A DNA stretch of 64,000 bases from Chitinophagales bacterium (GCA_023957235.1 JAMLHI010000002.1:13836-77835); one strand, 5' to 3'; shown: positions 47,604 through 57,877, counted from the first letter of the stretch. The notes: generated from the sequence alone by a model not told the origin. Numbers and translations are program-made.

Positions 47604-48833
47604 TTTGACAACTTTCACTACTCTTGTTTTTGTTGGTGTCTTATCATTGTTCTCATAATAATCTATAGTGACATTAGCTGATTCTAAACCTAAACTATCA
47701 ACGATAGGATTATTTGAAAGACTAAAAAGTAAGAAAATATCACTATCCTCCTTCGTAGCTGTATAAGTTTGTGTAAGATTGTCAAAGTCAAACCCACTTA
47801 TTTGCCAACCTTTAGCTTCGTTATTTGTATCATCACCATCTTTAAACCACATGAATCCGCTCAATACAATTTTCAAACTTGTGCCTTGAGGTAAGTGAGC
47901 AGCAAAAGAATATTTTTGTTCATCAGTAAAAGTATTATTGTCCTCATGCAGGATATTATTGCCAAACTCACCAATTAAAGGATATTCAATTGCATTAGTA
48001 GAAATGTAAGAAGTGTTCTCAATAAAAGAGTTGACATATTTTTCAAAGTCAGGGATACTAACATCCACATTTAAATCGCTATATCTATTTTGTAAATTTT
48101 TTCTAACTTCTTCTAAATCCAATAATTTTGCATGATTAATGAGTTGAGTACCAATTTTCTGATTATCTAACTTGCCGTCAACGCTAATATCTGAACTAAT
48201 ATTTGCTAATAATTCGGACAAATCTGCTACATTCCCATATCCTTGAATAATAAGAGATACAGCAAGTAAAATAGCATTCCCATCACCACCCTGTGTAATA
48301 TCTAAAAGTTCAGACTCATTAATATTGGCTTTGTCAATCGAAAATATTTGTAATATTTCTTTTTGAGCTTGATTTTTGGCTTCTACAAATGACTTCCCTC
48401 TCTGAAGCAAATTTATAACACGCCCCTTTTCTAAATGAGAAAAAATATTGACATTTAAAGTGCTTTTGTCAGTAATATCAGATAGAGCATAAAGTGTCAG
48501 TGGTGCAGATGATTTTTGATTACTAATTTCATTAAAGTAGAAACCATCTGCTTTAAGTTCAATATACTGAGAAGACAACTCTATTTTATTCATTTCAAAA
48601 CATCCATAATTATTAGAGATTTGTGAATTAAAAACCTTTCCTGTCTGAATCAAATTAGCATTTAATTCACTGATGGAAATTGAAGTACCATTGATAAAAG
48701 GCCCTTTTTGAACTGCACCTTCTATCCTTTCTTTAAAGACTGAATGGATTTTATTTTTATTTATATCCTCTTTTTTACAAGAGAGTAAAAGCCCAAATAA
48801 TATAACTAGTATGAGAAATATATGATTTTTCAT
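47601..48833 (-). CDS. hypothetical lipoprotein (carboxypeptidase-regulatory-like N-terminal segment?)
   Basis: Lipobox LLLSC, 410 aa, no family recognised. Flanked by 227-bp and 286-bp non-coding regions. Confidence 0.65.
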   Translation of the reverse strand: MKNHIFLILVILFGLLLSCKKEDINKNKIHSVFKERIEGAVQKGPFINGTSISISELNANLIQTGKVFNSQISNNYGCFEMNKIELSSQYIELKADGFYFNEISNQKSSAPLTLYALSDITDKSTLNVNIFSHLEKGRVINLLQRGKSFVEAKNQAQKEILQIFSIDKANINESELLDITQGGDGNAILLAVSLIIQGYGNVADLSELLANISSDISVDGKLDNQKIGTQLINHAKLLDLEEVRKNLQNRYSDLNVDVSIPDFEKYVNSFIENTSYISTNAIEYPLIGEFGNNILHEDNNTFTDEQKYSFAAHLPQGTSLKIVLSGFMWFKDGDDTNNEAKGWQISGFDFDNLTQTYTATKEDSDIFLLFSLSNNPIVDSLGLESANVTIDYYENNDKTPTKTRVVKVVK

Positions 48834-49119
48834 TTTTGAAAATATAAAATATAAAAAACATTAATAAATATAGCCAATTTCAATTGGGATAGCAAGTTAT
48901 TAGCAAGAACAAATTCCAAAAATACACTTGTTGATGTCAGTCAAGATTCAAAAGGGCGATTTACTGTATGTTCTAGATGAAAAAAGAACTGTAAATTACT
49001 CCTTGATTGTATAATAATATTGAACAAGAAAAAGAGTGTCTTTATTTGTACACCACTTGCGCAAGTGAAGAAATGCTATAGATAGAATAAAATTCATTGC
49101 AAATGATTATTTTTGAGTT

Positions 49120-50061
49120 ATGCAATCTTTGAGTGTCATCATTCCAATTTTCAATGAAGAAGAAAATATTAGAGCTTTGTATGAACGAATCAATCAAACA
49201 ATAACTAATATTCATCTAACTGATTTTGAGATTATTTTTATTAATGACGGTAGTAAAGATTCAAGTATTTCCATCATTAAATCACTAGCTGCAAATGATA
49301 GTCATATAAAATATATTGATTTAAGCAGAAATTTTGGACATCAGAATGCTGTATTTGCAGGCATGAAATATGCAAAAAAAGAGACTGTTGTCATTATTGA
49401 TGCAGACCTTCAAGATCCTCCAGAAGTCATCGAGACTTTATATCAAAAACTTATGGAAGGCTATGATGTTGTTTATGCACAGCGCATGACCCGAAAAGGA
49501 GAATCATGGCATAAACTTCTGACAGCTAAATATTTCTATTTGTTTTTGGAAAAACTATCAGATACTCCTATTCCTTTAGATACAGGTGATTTTAGAATCA
49601 TGACTAATAAAGTCAATCAGACAGTATGTAATATGCCTGAAAGAAATAAATTTTTAAGAGGACAGATAGCTTGGACAGGTTTTAATCAAACCTATATAGA
49701 ATATGAAAGGCAGGCACGATTTAGTGGAACGACAAAATATTCCTATGCTAAGATGTTTAAATTTGCCATGGATGGAATCAGTGCCTTTTCAAATTTCCCT
49801 CTAAAGCTATCAACGTGGATGGGCTTTTTCACTGCTTTAGTTGCTGTTGGCATGTTTATTTATACTTTATATGTACGATTGTTTACTAATGACTTTATCA
49901 AAGGCTGGTCCTCTCTAATGGTCACATTACTATTTATCGGAGGCATCCAACTTATATGTATAGGAATATTAGGCGAATATTTGGGAAGAGTATTAGACAA
50001 CGTTCGAGGCCGACCTCCTTTTGTAGTAAAAGATTCTAATATTTCTGAAGTAAAGGAATAA
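49120..50061 (+). CDS. family 2 glycosyltransferase, polyprenyl-phosphate sugar transferase type (GtrB/ArnC-like)
   Basis: LSVIIPIFNEEENI, FINDGSKDSS, IDADLQDPPE (DxD/ED), two C-terminal TM helices. Confidence 0.88.
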   Translation: MQSLSVIIPIFNEEENIRALYERINQTITNIHLTDFEIIFINDGSKDSSISIIKSLAANDSHIKYIDLSRNFGHQNAVFAGMKYAKKETVVIIDADLQDPPEVIETLYQKLMEGYDVVYAQRMTRKGESWHKLLTAKYFYLFLEKLSDTPIPLDTGDFRIMTNKVNQTVCNMPERNKFLRGQIAWTGFNQTYIEYERQARFSGTTKYSYAKMFKFAMDGISAFSNFPLKLSTWMGFFTALVAVGMFIYTLYVRLFTNDFIKGWSSLMVTLLFIGGIQLICIGILGEYLGRVLDNVRGRPPFVVKDSNISEVKE

Positions 50062-50728
50062 TTTTCTGTATTCCCATATTCAGACTTTCAATGGCTTCTG
50101 TAAGACTCCATTCATCTTCATTATTATTGCCCACATAGTTGGAAATAGAACGAATCTGAATGCATCGTTTATTCAAAATATTCAATACGTTAAAAAATGC
50201 AATTCCTTCCATACTTTCAATATCCGCATTAAATTTACGCTTTAAGATACCTATCGTCTTTGGGTTAGTGTGTACTTTATTGACTGTCAGACCTTTTACT
50301 TCTCTCAGATGACCCAAATGAGGTGATTTCAGTAACAATGAAGGAACAATTATTTCATGATTTTCAGAACTTCTATCATCTTCTATAAATCCCATTTCAA
50401 TAAATTCCTTAAATGTACCACCCTCCTCTACCCCAAAGTCTCCATATCTTTCAGAGATGACTTGTACGACTTCAGAAATATGTAATGATTTATCAAAAGC
50501 TCCAGCAACACCAGCATTTATATAGATATCTCTATCAAAATTCATTGCATAAATTGCTAAATGTGAGGCTGTCTGCATCATGCCTATACCTGTTATCAAA
50601 ACATGTAAAAGATGATTATCCGAAGTCCATAAATTTTGATTCCATTGATTACTGACCCATTTCATGTCAAAATGTTGTAATAATGGCGCAATTTCCATTT
50701 TAGAGGCAGCAACAACGGTAATTCTCAT
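50036..50728 (-). CDS. mqnB: futalosine hydrolase-like nucleosidase (PNP_UDP_1 fold)
   Basis: MRITVVAASKMEIAPLL, ITGIGMM, ESMEG.AF at ~230 aa, consistent with MqnB. The family-level (MTA/SAH nucleosidase-like) call is secure, the exact substrate is not. Confidence 0.65.
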   Translation of the reverse strand: MRITVVAASKMEIAPLLQHFDMKWVSNQWNQNLWTSDNHLLHVLITGIGMMQTASHLAIYAMNFDRDIYINAGVAGAFDKSLHISEVVQVISERYGDFGVEEGGTFKEFIEMGFIEDDRSSENHEIIVPSLLLKSPHLGHLREVKGLTVNKVHTNPKTIGILKRKFNADIESMEGIAFFNVLNILNKRCIQIRSISNYVGNNNEDEWSLTEAIESLNMGIQKIIPLLQKY

Positions 50729-50753
50729 TTTTGGAAATCAAAAACTGAAAAAA

Positions 50754-51608
50754 TTACAGAAATATTGATTGGCTGATTTTCATTGCATGTGAAAACGCTT
50801 CCATATCCAAGCCTGTTGAAATTCCTTTACCTTCAAAATACTCAATCATTTTTTCAGTGGGCATATTTCCAGTCAAATCATCTTTTGCCATAGGACAACC
50901 ACCAAATCCCTTGATAGCACCATCAAATCTGACACATCCTACCTCATAAGCTGCTTCAATTTTCTCTTGCCATTTATCTGGAGTAGTATGAAAATGTGCA
51001 CCAAATTTCAAACTATTAAAGTCATTATACAAAATAGAAAGTAAATCTTTAATCAATTGCGGCTGGGCAGAGCCGACAGTATCAGACACAGAAAACCTTT
51101 CCACACCAATAGAACTCAATCGATCTACCCAATGTGCAACAATTTCAGGGTGATACATATCACCATAAGGATTCCCAAATGCCATAGAGAGGTATAAAAC
51201 AAACTTTTTTCCAAATACTTCACAAGTATTCATAATTTCTTCTACTCTATCCACCGACTCTTCTAATCCACAATTAGTATTTCTCATCTGAAAAGTCTCT
51301 GAAACTGAAAATGGATAGCCCAAATACGTTATTTCATCAAAATCACAGGCCATATCCGCACCTTTACCATTAGCAACAATCACAGAAAGTTTGGTATCTG
51401 ATCCTTCTAAATCTAGCTTGGGAATTACTTTAAAAGTATCAGCCATTTGAGGAATCGCTTTTGAAGAAACAAAACTCCCACAATCTAAAGCATGAAAACC
51501 CACTTTCAGCAAACTATTCAAATATTCAATTTTCTTTTCAGTAGGGATAAAGGTCTTTAAGCCTTGCATGGCGTCCCTTGGACATTCAATAATAGATACT
51601 TGTGGCAA
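50754..51608 (-). CDS. hydroxymethylglutaryl-CoA lyase
   Basis: V.IIECPRDAMQG, GAHFHTT, GGCPMA.DDLTGN..TE. TTG start only. Confidence 0.9.
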   Translation of the reverse strand: MPQVSIIECPRDAMQGLKTFIPTEKKIEYLNSLLKVGFHALDCGSFVSSKAIPQMADTFKVIPKLDLEGSDTKLSVIVANGKGADMACDFDEITYLGYPFSVSETFQMRNTNCGLEESVDRVEEIMNTCEVFGKKFVLYLSMAFGNPYGDMYHPEIVAHWVDRLSSIGVERFSVSDTVGSAQPQLIKDLLSILYNDFNSLKFGAHFHTTPDKWQEKIEAAYEVGCVRFDGAIKGFGGCPMAKDDLTGNMPTEKMIEYFEGKGISTGLDMEAFSHAMKISQSIFL

Positions 51609-51690
51609 CTAAATAATTTTTATTATTTCAAAGATAACAAATAGTGTGTACTCAAAAACAGTTAGAATAAAAATAATTAAATGACTTCCA

Positions 51691-52089
51691 TTAAACTAGC
51701 CAACCTTTTCTATCTATTAAAGGAATTTCTTTTAAATCGTTTTCTAACAAATCTCTGATGTATATCCTTATCAATTTATCTTTCAAGCGGCCTTCATAAA
51801 ATCCACAAATAAAAAAATCATTCCTCAAATCAACCGTTTCTCCAATAATACTTTCTATTCCAACAAAAGAGAAAGCCGGCAAGTCTCCAACCATTACCCT
51901 CATGATTGCAGTATTCTTTTCTTGACCTAAAACTTCTCCATGGCCAGAGCAACTAACCATCACCTGCTCAATTTTCTCATCTGTCTCATTGAGCAAAATA
52001 ACATCATAGATAGTATCTAATCCATCATAGCTTGGACAGATAGCCAACTTAAAAATATCGTGATTATCAAAATTTATATCTTTCAACAT
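51691..52089 (-). CDS. hypothetical protein (132 aa)
   Basis: Clean ORF with ATG, between the HMG-CoA lyase and lipB genes. No signal peptide and no recognisable motif. Confidence 0.55.
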   Translation of the reverse strand: MLKDINFDNHDIFKLAICPSYDGLDTIYDVILLNETDEKIEQVMVSCSGHGEVLGQEKNTAIMRVMVGDLPAFSFVGIESIIGETVDLRNDFFICGFYEGRLKDKLIRIYIRDLLENDLKEIPLIDRKGWLV

Positions 52090-52100
52090 GATGATAGGAT

Positions 52101-52781
52101 TTACAAATAAGTAGCTTCAAATATTTCAGCAAAATGAATTAAAAATCTATCAAACACTTCATTTATTGACAATTCTCTGTTCAATTCTTGCTTCATAGAT
52201 GTCACACCTTTGTCCTGAATTCCGCATGGAACAATATAATTAAAGTAACTCAAATCAGTATGGACATTTAGGGCAAGTCCATGCATCAATACCCATCTAC
52301 TTGTACGGACTCCTAAAGCACAAATTTTCTTTGGAAAAGCATTCTTTTCTTTAACCCAAACTCCTGTTTGCCCCTCTATTCTTACAGAATTGATATTGAA
52401 ATCTTTTAAAGTTCTTATCACTGTTTCTTCTAAGAATCTCATATATTTCTTCAAATCTGTGAAAAAATGTTCTAAATCCAATATTGGATATACCACCATT
52501 TGCCCCCATCCATGAAATGTGATATCCCCTCCACGATTATTCCGAAAAAAATCAATATGCTTTTCTGCTAAAAATTCCTGAGGCACCAATAAATGTCCAA
52601 TATCGCCACTTTTCCCAATAGTAAAGACTGGAGAGTGTTCTACACATAAAAGAAAATTAGGCCCTGTATAGGAGCCTAATTTTATCTTGTTTTGTATGAT
52701 AGATTGAAATAACTCTTCTTGGTATTGCCAAGTTTGCTGATAATTTTGAACTCCTAATCTTTTGACAATGATTTCCCTCAT
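52101..52781 (-). CDS. lipB: lipoyl(octanoyl) transferase
   Basis: EHSPVFT.GKSG, RGGDITFHGWGQMV.YPILDL, KICALGVR.SRWV.MHG.ALNV, PCGI. Confidence 0.93.
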   Translation of the reverse strand: MREIIVKRLGVQNYQQTWQYQEELFQSIIQNKIKLGSYTGPNFLLCVEHSPVFTIGKSGDIGHLLVPQEFLAEKHIDFFRNNRGGDITFHGWGQMVVYPILDLEHFFTDLKKYMRFLEETVIRTLKDFNINSVRIEGQTGVWVKEKNAFPKKICALGVRTSRWVLMHGLALNVHTDLSYFNYIVPCGIQDKGVTSMKQELNRELSINEVFDRFLIHFAEIFEATYL

Positions 52782-53779
52782 TATAAAGGATTTTCCGCCA
52801 ATTTATTTTTAAGTGAGTTAATCACCTCTATTTCAATAGCATCAACTTCATTTAATTCAGAAAGATAATATGAAATCCAGTCACAAACATGAATCAAATA
52901 TAGACTTCTTTCAATATCTGTATCTCCTTTAGAGTATATTTCATAAATCCTTGAAGTATAATTTTTAATCACTCCCTTGGTAAATTCAATACGCTCTTGT
53001 ACTCTTTCATAATCATTGTTATTTCTAAGAAAAACAACAGAAATATCATTATTATTTTGCCTCCAACCTACTAATTCATTATGGTTCATTTCAGGAATAA
53101 CGTGATGCCAGCAAAGCATTTTGGAATTTTCATTGATTTGCTGTCTAAAACGAATAGCCACTCCTTCATAATTAGAATCCGAATATATAGCAGGGATTGT
53201 TCCAAATAACTTTTCAGCAATTTTTTTTGCATAATTCTTTATTTCTTCTTCCTCAGATTCCAATCTTTGAATAGTATTTGCAAGACTTAATTTAAAACCA
53301 TCTTCAACCAAATTCATTTGATTAAAGATGTACAATAATTGAATAAAAGATAATGCAAAACAAGCTCTCGGCGGCATTCCTCCATCAATTTCAATAAAAT
53401 CAATATTGTGAATACTAGCAAACTCCTTTACCAAACCACCAGATGTTACACAGATAAGATGCGCATCTCTTTGAAAAGCCTGCATCAAAGCTGACATGGT
53501 TTCTTCTGTATTTCCTGAATAAGAAGTTGCAATCACCAATGTATTTTCATTCACAAAGTTGGGAATATGATAAGATTTGTTGATGACTACAGGCACCTTT
53601 AGATCATCTCTTAAAATATTGGATATTATTGTCCCTCCAATTCCTGAGCCTCCCAAACCCGTTAATAAAATATTTCTTATCGGAGCTTTTGGCTTTTTTA
53701 ACTTTGCATTATCACCTATTGCTACTGCTCTTTTTATCTGCTGTGTAAACCCCCCAATTAACTCATCCATCTTATACAT
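52781..53779 (-). CDS. bifunctional phosphoglucose/phosphomannose isomerase (SIS family)
   Basis: ILLTGLGGSGIGG, VIATSYSGNTEET, NE.VGW. Start placed at MYKMDELIGG (53779) rather than the upstream track start. Confidence 0.8.
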   Translation of the reverse strand: MYKMDELIGGFTQQIKRAVAIGDNAKLKKPKAPIRNILLTGLGGSGIGGTIISNILRDDLKVPVVINKSYHIPNFVNENTLVIATSYSGNTEETMSALMQAFQRDAHLICVTSGGLVKEFASIHNIDFIEIDGGMPPRACFALSFIQLLYIFNQMNLVEDGFKLSLANTIQRLESEEEEIKNYAKKIAEKLFGTIPAIYSDSNYEGVAIRFRQQINENSKMLCWHHVIPEMNHNELVGWRQNNNDISVVFLRNNNDYERVQERIEFTKGVIKNYTSRIYEIYSKGDTDIERSLYLIHVCDWISYYLSELNEVDAIEIEVINSLKNKLAENPL

Positions 53780-53861
53780 TTTGTGCGTGATTTTATTGCA
53801 AAAGAACAAAAAATAAACCAAAAATTAAATAAGTAATATTATTTTTCCTATATTATACCTT

Positions 53862-54215
53862 GTGAATATAGAAACTGGGCAAAATGGCGAAAATATTGCA
53901 GTTGATTTTCTTAAAAAATCAGGATACAAAATTATTTTTACAAATTGGCGTTATGCCCATTATGAGGTAGATATAGTTGCAAAAGAAGGTGACACATTAG
54001 TAATTGTCGAAGTAAAAACAAGGGCTAGCGATTCATTTGGACATCCCAGCCAATTTGTCAATTTAAAAAAGCATCAAAACCTTTTCAAAGCAGCCGAAGA
54101 ATTAATTTTAAAAATTAATCATCAAGGAGAAGTGAGATTCGATATTATTTCGGTATTTAAAACCGACAATCATTGGGTCACAGAACATTTTGCTGATGCT
54201 TTCTATCCTTGCTAA
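53862..54215 (+). CDS. yraN: YraN-family (UPF0102) endonuclease-like protein
   Basis: G..GE.IAVDFLKKSGYKII..NWR....E.DIVA.EGDTLVIVEVKTR, a PD-(D/E)xK-like core. GTG start. Confidence 0.85.
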   Translation: MNIETGQNGENIAVDFLKKSGYKIIFTNWRYAHYEVDIVAKEGDTLVIVEVKTRASDSFGHPSQFVNLKKHQNLFKAAEELILKINHQGEVRFDIISVFKTDNHWVTEHFADAFYPC

Positions 54216-54742
54216 AATTTCATTTTCAACGCTATCTCCCATATTACAATTCCCGCACAAACACTTATATTTAAAGAGTGCTTAGTCCCCCATTGTGGAA
54301 CTTCAATTGCACCATCCACCAACTTCAATGCTTCCTCTGAAACACCTGATACTTCATTTCCAAACACAATTGCTATTTTTTCTCCTTTTTGAATTTTAAA
54401 TTCATTCAACAATACAGCATCTTCAACCTGTTCGATTGCATAGATCAAATATCCTTGGTTTTTTAATAATGAAATAGATTCTTCCACAGACTCATAAGCA
54501 CTCCAAACTACTGTTTCTGTCGAACCCAATGCAGACTTTAGCACATCTCTATGTGGAGGCTGAGCAGAATAGCCGCATATATGAATAGCTTCCACTAGAA
54601 AAGCATCGGAAGTTCTAAATACAGACCCTACATTCAAACCACTTCTTACATTATCCAAAACCACAACCAATGGAATCTTTTCCGCATCTTTAAAAGACTG
54701 TGTGGATAATCTACCTAATTCTTGCATAGAGAGTTTGCGCAT
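54212..54742 (-). CDS. TrmH/SpoU-family RNA 2'-O-methyltransferase
   Basis: VVLDNVRS..NVGS.FRT.DAF, I.FGNE..GVS, IP..G...SLN.SV..GI. Confidence 0.85.
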   Translation of the reverse strand: MRKLSMQELGRLSTQSFKDAEKIPLVVVLDNVRSGLNVGSVFRTSDAFLVEAIHICGYSAQPPHRDVLKSALGSTETVVWSAYESVEESISLLKNQGYLIYAIEQVEDAVLLNEFKIQKGEKIAIVFGNEVSGVSEEALKLVDGAIEVPQWGTKHSLNISVCAGIVIWEIALKMKF

Positions 54743-54789
54743 AAATCCTAATTTTAAGGTTTTACAAAATTATAAAAAGGTTTTACGTT

Positions 54790-57399
54790 TTGGCAAAGAA
54801 GAGCAATACCCCAAAAGAAACTCCTTTAATGGGTCAATACAATAGAATAAAAGCTCAACACCCTGATGCAATTTTATTGTTTAGAGTCGGTGATTTCTAT
54901 GAAACCTTCCATTCTGACGCAGTGAAGACAGCACAAGCATTGGGAATAGTATTGACCAAACGTGCTAATGGTTCTGCCTCTGAAATGGAATTAGCAGGAT
55001 TTCCCTATCATTCTCTAGATACCTATTTACCCAAATTAGTCAAAGCAGGATATAGAGTTGCTATTTGTGAACAATTGGAAGATCCCAAAACTACCAAAAC
55101 CATTGTAAAAAGGGGAGTTACAGAGCTTATTACACCTGGTGTAGCTGTAAGTGACAAAATTTTAGACCACAAAAGCAATAATTTTCTTGCTTCTGTCTAT
55201 TTTGACAAAACATCTTCAATAGGAATTTCTTTCATAGATATTTCAACTGGAGAATTTCTCATCACTCAAGGCGATGAACAATATATAGACAAACTTTTAC
55301 AAAGTTATAATCCTTCAGAAATCATTTTTGCTAAACAGAATCAAAAGAAATTTAAAGAATTATTTGGTCATAAATATTATTCATATTCAATTGAAGATTG
55401 GATTTATCAAATAGATTATCTGACAGAGAAATTGCTTTCACATTTTGAGACTAGCACTCTGAAAGGTTTTGGAGTAGAAGATTGTCCTTTAGGAGTTTTA
55501 GCTGCAGGAGCTACTATTCAATACCTATCTGATGCCGAACAAAAAAACCTTCAACATGTTCTTCAACTGACAAGAATTGAACAAGAAGAGTATGTATGGC
55601 TGGATAGGTTTACAGCAAGAAATTTGGAACTTATCTATTCCAATCACCCTGAAGGCACCAGTTTGCTTGATATTATCGATAAGACCATTAGCCCTATGGG
55701 AGCTAGATTATTAAAAAGATGGATCGCTACACCACTTAAGCAAATACAAGAAATTCAAGAAAGATTAGATGCAGTAGAATACCTAATTAAAGATCAAGAT
55801 TTTTTTCATCAAATCAACCAGAGAATAAAAGAAATCGGTGACTTAGAAAGATTGATTGCCAAAGTTCCTTTAGGCAAAATAAATCCTAGAGAAATGCTAC
55901 AAATCAGCAGGGCGCTTTCTACGCTTCCTGATATCCAATCTTTATGTATGGCATCTATGGCAGACACCTTTAGAAAGATGGCACTAGGAATACATATCAA
56001 CCAATCACTTAATGAAAAAATTGCCAATACAATACACCCAGACGCACCAGTTGTTATACAGAAAGGTTCTGTCATTGCAGAAGGTGTTCATGCCGAACTA
56101 GATGAACTGAAAATGCTTTCTAAAAAAGGAAAAAATTATTTAATCCAACTTCAAGAATCTGAAAGCAAAAAAACAGGTATCTCATCTTTAAAAATTGGAT
56201 TTAATAATGTTTTTGGATATTATCTCGAAGTCCGTAATACACATAAAGATAAAGTTCCTGATACTTGGATTAGAAAACAGACAACTACAAATGCCGAAAG
56301 ATATATCACTCAGGAATTAAAAGAATATGAGGATAAGATTTTAGGTGCAGAAGAAAAAATATTACAATTGGAAATTCAAATATTTGATGAACTGATTAGA
56401 GAAGTAAACATCTATCTGCAACCCATTCTCACTAATGCTCGTATCATTGCCAAAATTGACTGCCTTCAGTCTTTCGCAACTATTGCCATCAAAAATATTT
56501 ATAGAAAACCTTCTATAAATCATACCAATCAACTCAATATTAAAGCGGGAAGGCATCCTGTCATTGAACAACAAATACCTCTAGGGGAGCAATATATTCC
56601 AAATGATGTGTATCTGGATGATGAGACTCAGCAAATTATGATAATTACTGGACCCAATATGGCAGGAAAATCTGCCCTACTTCGCCAGACAGCACTCATT
56701 GTTCTAATGGCACAAATGGGTAGCTTTGTACCTGCAGAAGTTGCAGAAATAGGCATTGTTGACAAAGTCTTCACTAGAGTTGGTGCTAGTGACAATATCT
56801 CTCAGGGAGAATCTACTTTCATGGTGGAAATGATAGAAACTGCAAGTATTTTAAACAATGTTTCCCCTAGGAGCCTTATACTTCTAGATGAAATTGGAAG
56901 AGGAACTAGTACTTATGATGGAATATCAATCGCTTGGGCAATCGTTGAATACCTCCACAATCACCCCAATGCAAAAAGCAAAACGATGTTTGCCACTCAC
57001 TACCATGAACTGAATGAACTCACCAATCAATGGAAAAGAGTTAAAAACTTCAATGTTTCAGTAAAAGAAAGTGGCAAAAAAGTGATTTTTTTAAGAAAAT
57101 TAGAAGAAGGTGGCAGCGAACATAGTTTTGGAATCCATGTAGCCAAAATGGCTGGAATGCCTACAGATATTGTTAAGCGAGCTAATCAAATCTTACAAAA
57201 ACTTGAATCAAAAAACATTTCTAGCGATATAAAAGACAAATTGCAACAGGCAAAGCAACTTGATTATCAATTAAATATCTTTTCAATGGATGACCCTAGA
57301 TTATTTAAATTAAAAGAAATACTTGAACAAGTTGATATCAATGCTATGACTCCTGTTGAAGCATTGTTAAAATTAGACGAAATGCGTAAACTACTCTAA
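54790..57399 (+). CDS. mutS: DNA mismatch repair protein MutS
   Basis: ETPLMGQY, FRVGDFYE.F, GPNMAGKS Walker A, STFMVEM, DE.GRGTSTYDG, THYHEL. Only TTG 54790 gives the full N-terminus. Confidence 0.96.
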   Translation: MAKKSNTPKETPLMGQYNRIKAQHPDAILLFRVGDFYETFHSDAVKTAQALGIVLTKRANGSASEMELAGFPYHSLDTYLPKLVKAGYRVAICEQLEDPKTTKTIVKRGVTELITPGVAVSDKILDHKSNNFLASVYFDKTSSIGISFIDISTGEFLITQGDEQYIDKLLQSYNPSEIIFAKQNQKKFKELFGHKYYSYSIEDWIYQIDYLTEKLLSHFETSTLKGFGVEDCPLGVLAAGATIQYLSDAEQKNLQHVLQLTRIEQEEYVWLDRFTARNLELIYSNHPEGTSLLDIIDKTISPMGARLLKRWIATPLKQIQEIQERLDAVEYLIKDQDFFHQINQRIKEIGDLERLIAKVPLGKINPREMLQISRALSTLPDIQSLCMASMADTFRKMALGIHINQSLNEKIANTIHPDAPVVIQKGSVIAEGVHAELDELKMLSKKGKNYLIQLQESESKKTGISSLKIGFNNVFGYYLEVRNTHKDKVPDTWIRKQTTTNAERYITQELKEYEDKILGAEEKILQLEIQIFDELIREVNIYLQPILTNARIIAKIDCLQSFATIAIKNIYRKPSINHTNQLNIKAGRHPVIEQQIPLGEQYIPNDVYLDDETQQIMIITGPNMAGKSALLRQTALIVLMAQMGSFVPAEVAEIGIVDKVFTRVGASDNISQGESTFMVEMIETASILNNVSPRSLILLDEIGRGTSTYDGISIAWAIVEYLHNHPNAKSKTMFATHYHELNELTNQWKRVKNFNVSVKESGKKVIFLRKLEEGGSEHSFGIHVAKMAGMPTDIVKRANQILQKLESKNISSDIKDKLQQAKQLDYQLNIFSMDDPRLFKLKEILEQVDINAMTPVEALLKLDEMRKLL

Positions 57400-57539
57400 A
57401 ATTTCATAAAAATAGAAACCCAAAAATGTTAGCATCCTTAATTTTCGTTAATATATTCTGAATTTCTATTGTAATGTAACAAAAGTTGCTTTATGAGAGT
57501 TCTAAATAATAGAATTTTGAGACATAAAAATCAATCATC

Positions 57540-57860
57540 ATGTTAGAATTCTTAAAAAATCTTACAAAAAACAATGGCAATCTGGAATTAGTGGATGCAA
57601 TAAAAAACAATGCTTATTTAGTAGATGTACGCACAAGAGGAGAGTTCTCCATGGGAAGCGTCAAAGGTGCTATTAATATTCCTTTGGATGAGATTCAAAA
57701 ACACGTTGGAACATTGAAGAAGAAAGAAAGTATTGTTGTATTTTGCCAAAGTGGTGGAAGAAGTGGAATGGCAAGAGATTTTTTAATCAAAAATGGAATT
57801 AAAAATGTCATTAATGGAGGCCCATGGGTAAACGTCAATAGAATTAAAGAAAGTAAATAA
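57540..57860 (+). CDS. single-domain rhodanese sulfurtransferase
   Basis: 106 aa. LVDVRT..EF..G...GAINIP, active-site loop VVFCQSGGRSG. Confidence 0.88.
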   Translation: MLEFLKNLTKNNGNLELVDAIKNNAYLVDVRTRGEFSMGSVKGAINIPLDEIQKHVGTLKKKESIVVFCQSGGRSGMARDFLIKNGIKNVINGGPWVNVNRIKESK

Positions 57861-57877
57861 AAATAAAGGATGAAAAG

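Noticed and set aside
48934-49014. 26-codon ORF MSVKIQKGDLLYVLDEKRTVNYSLIV in the GT2/lipoprotein spacer
   Set aside because: It is too short, has no recognisable ribosome-binding context or motif, and cannot be distinguished from chance.
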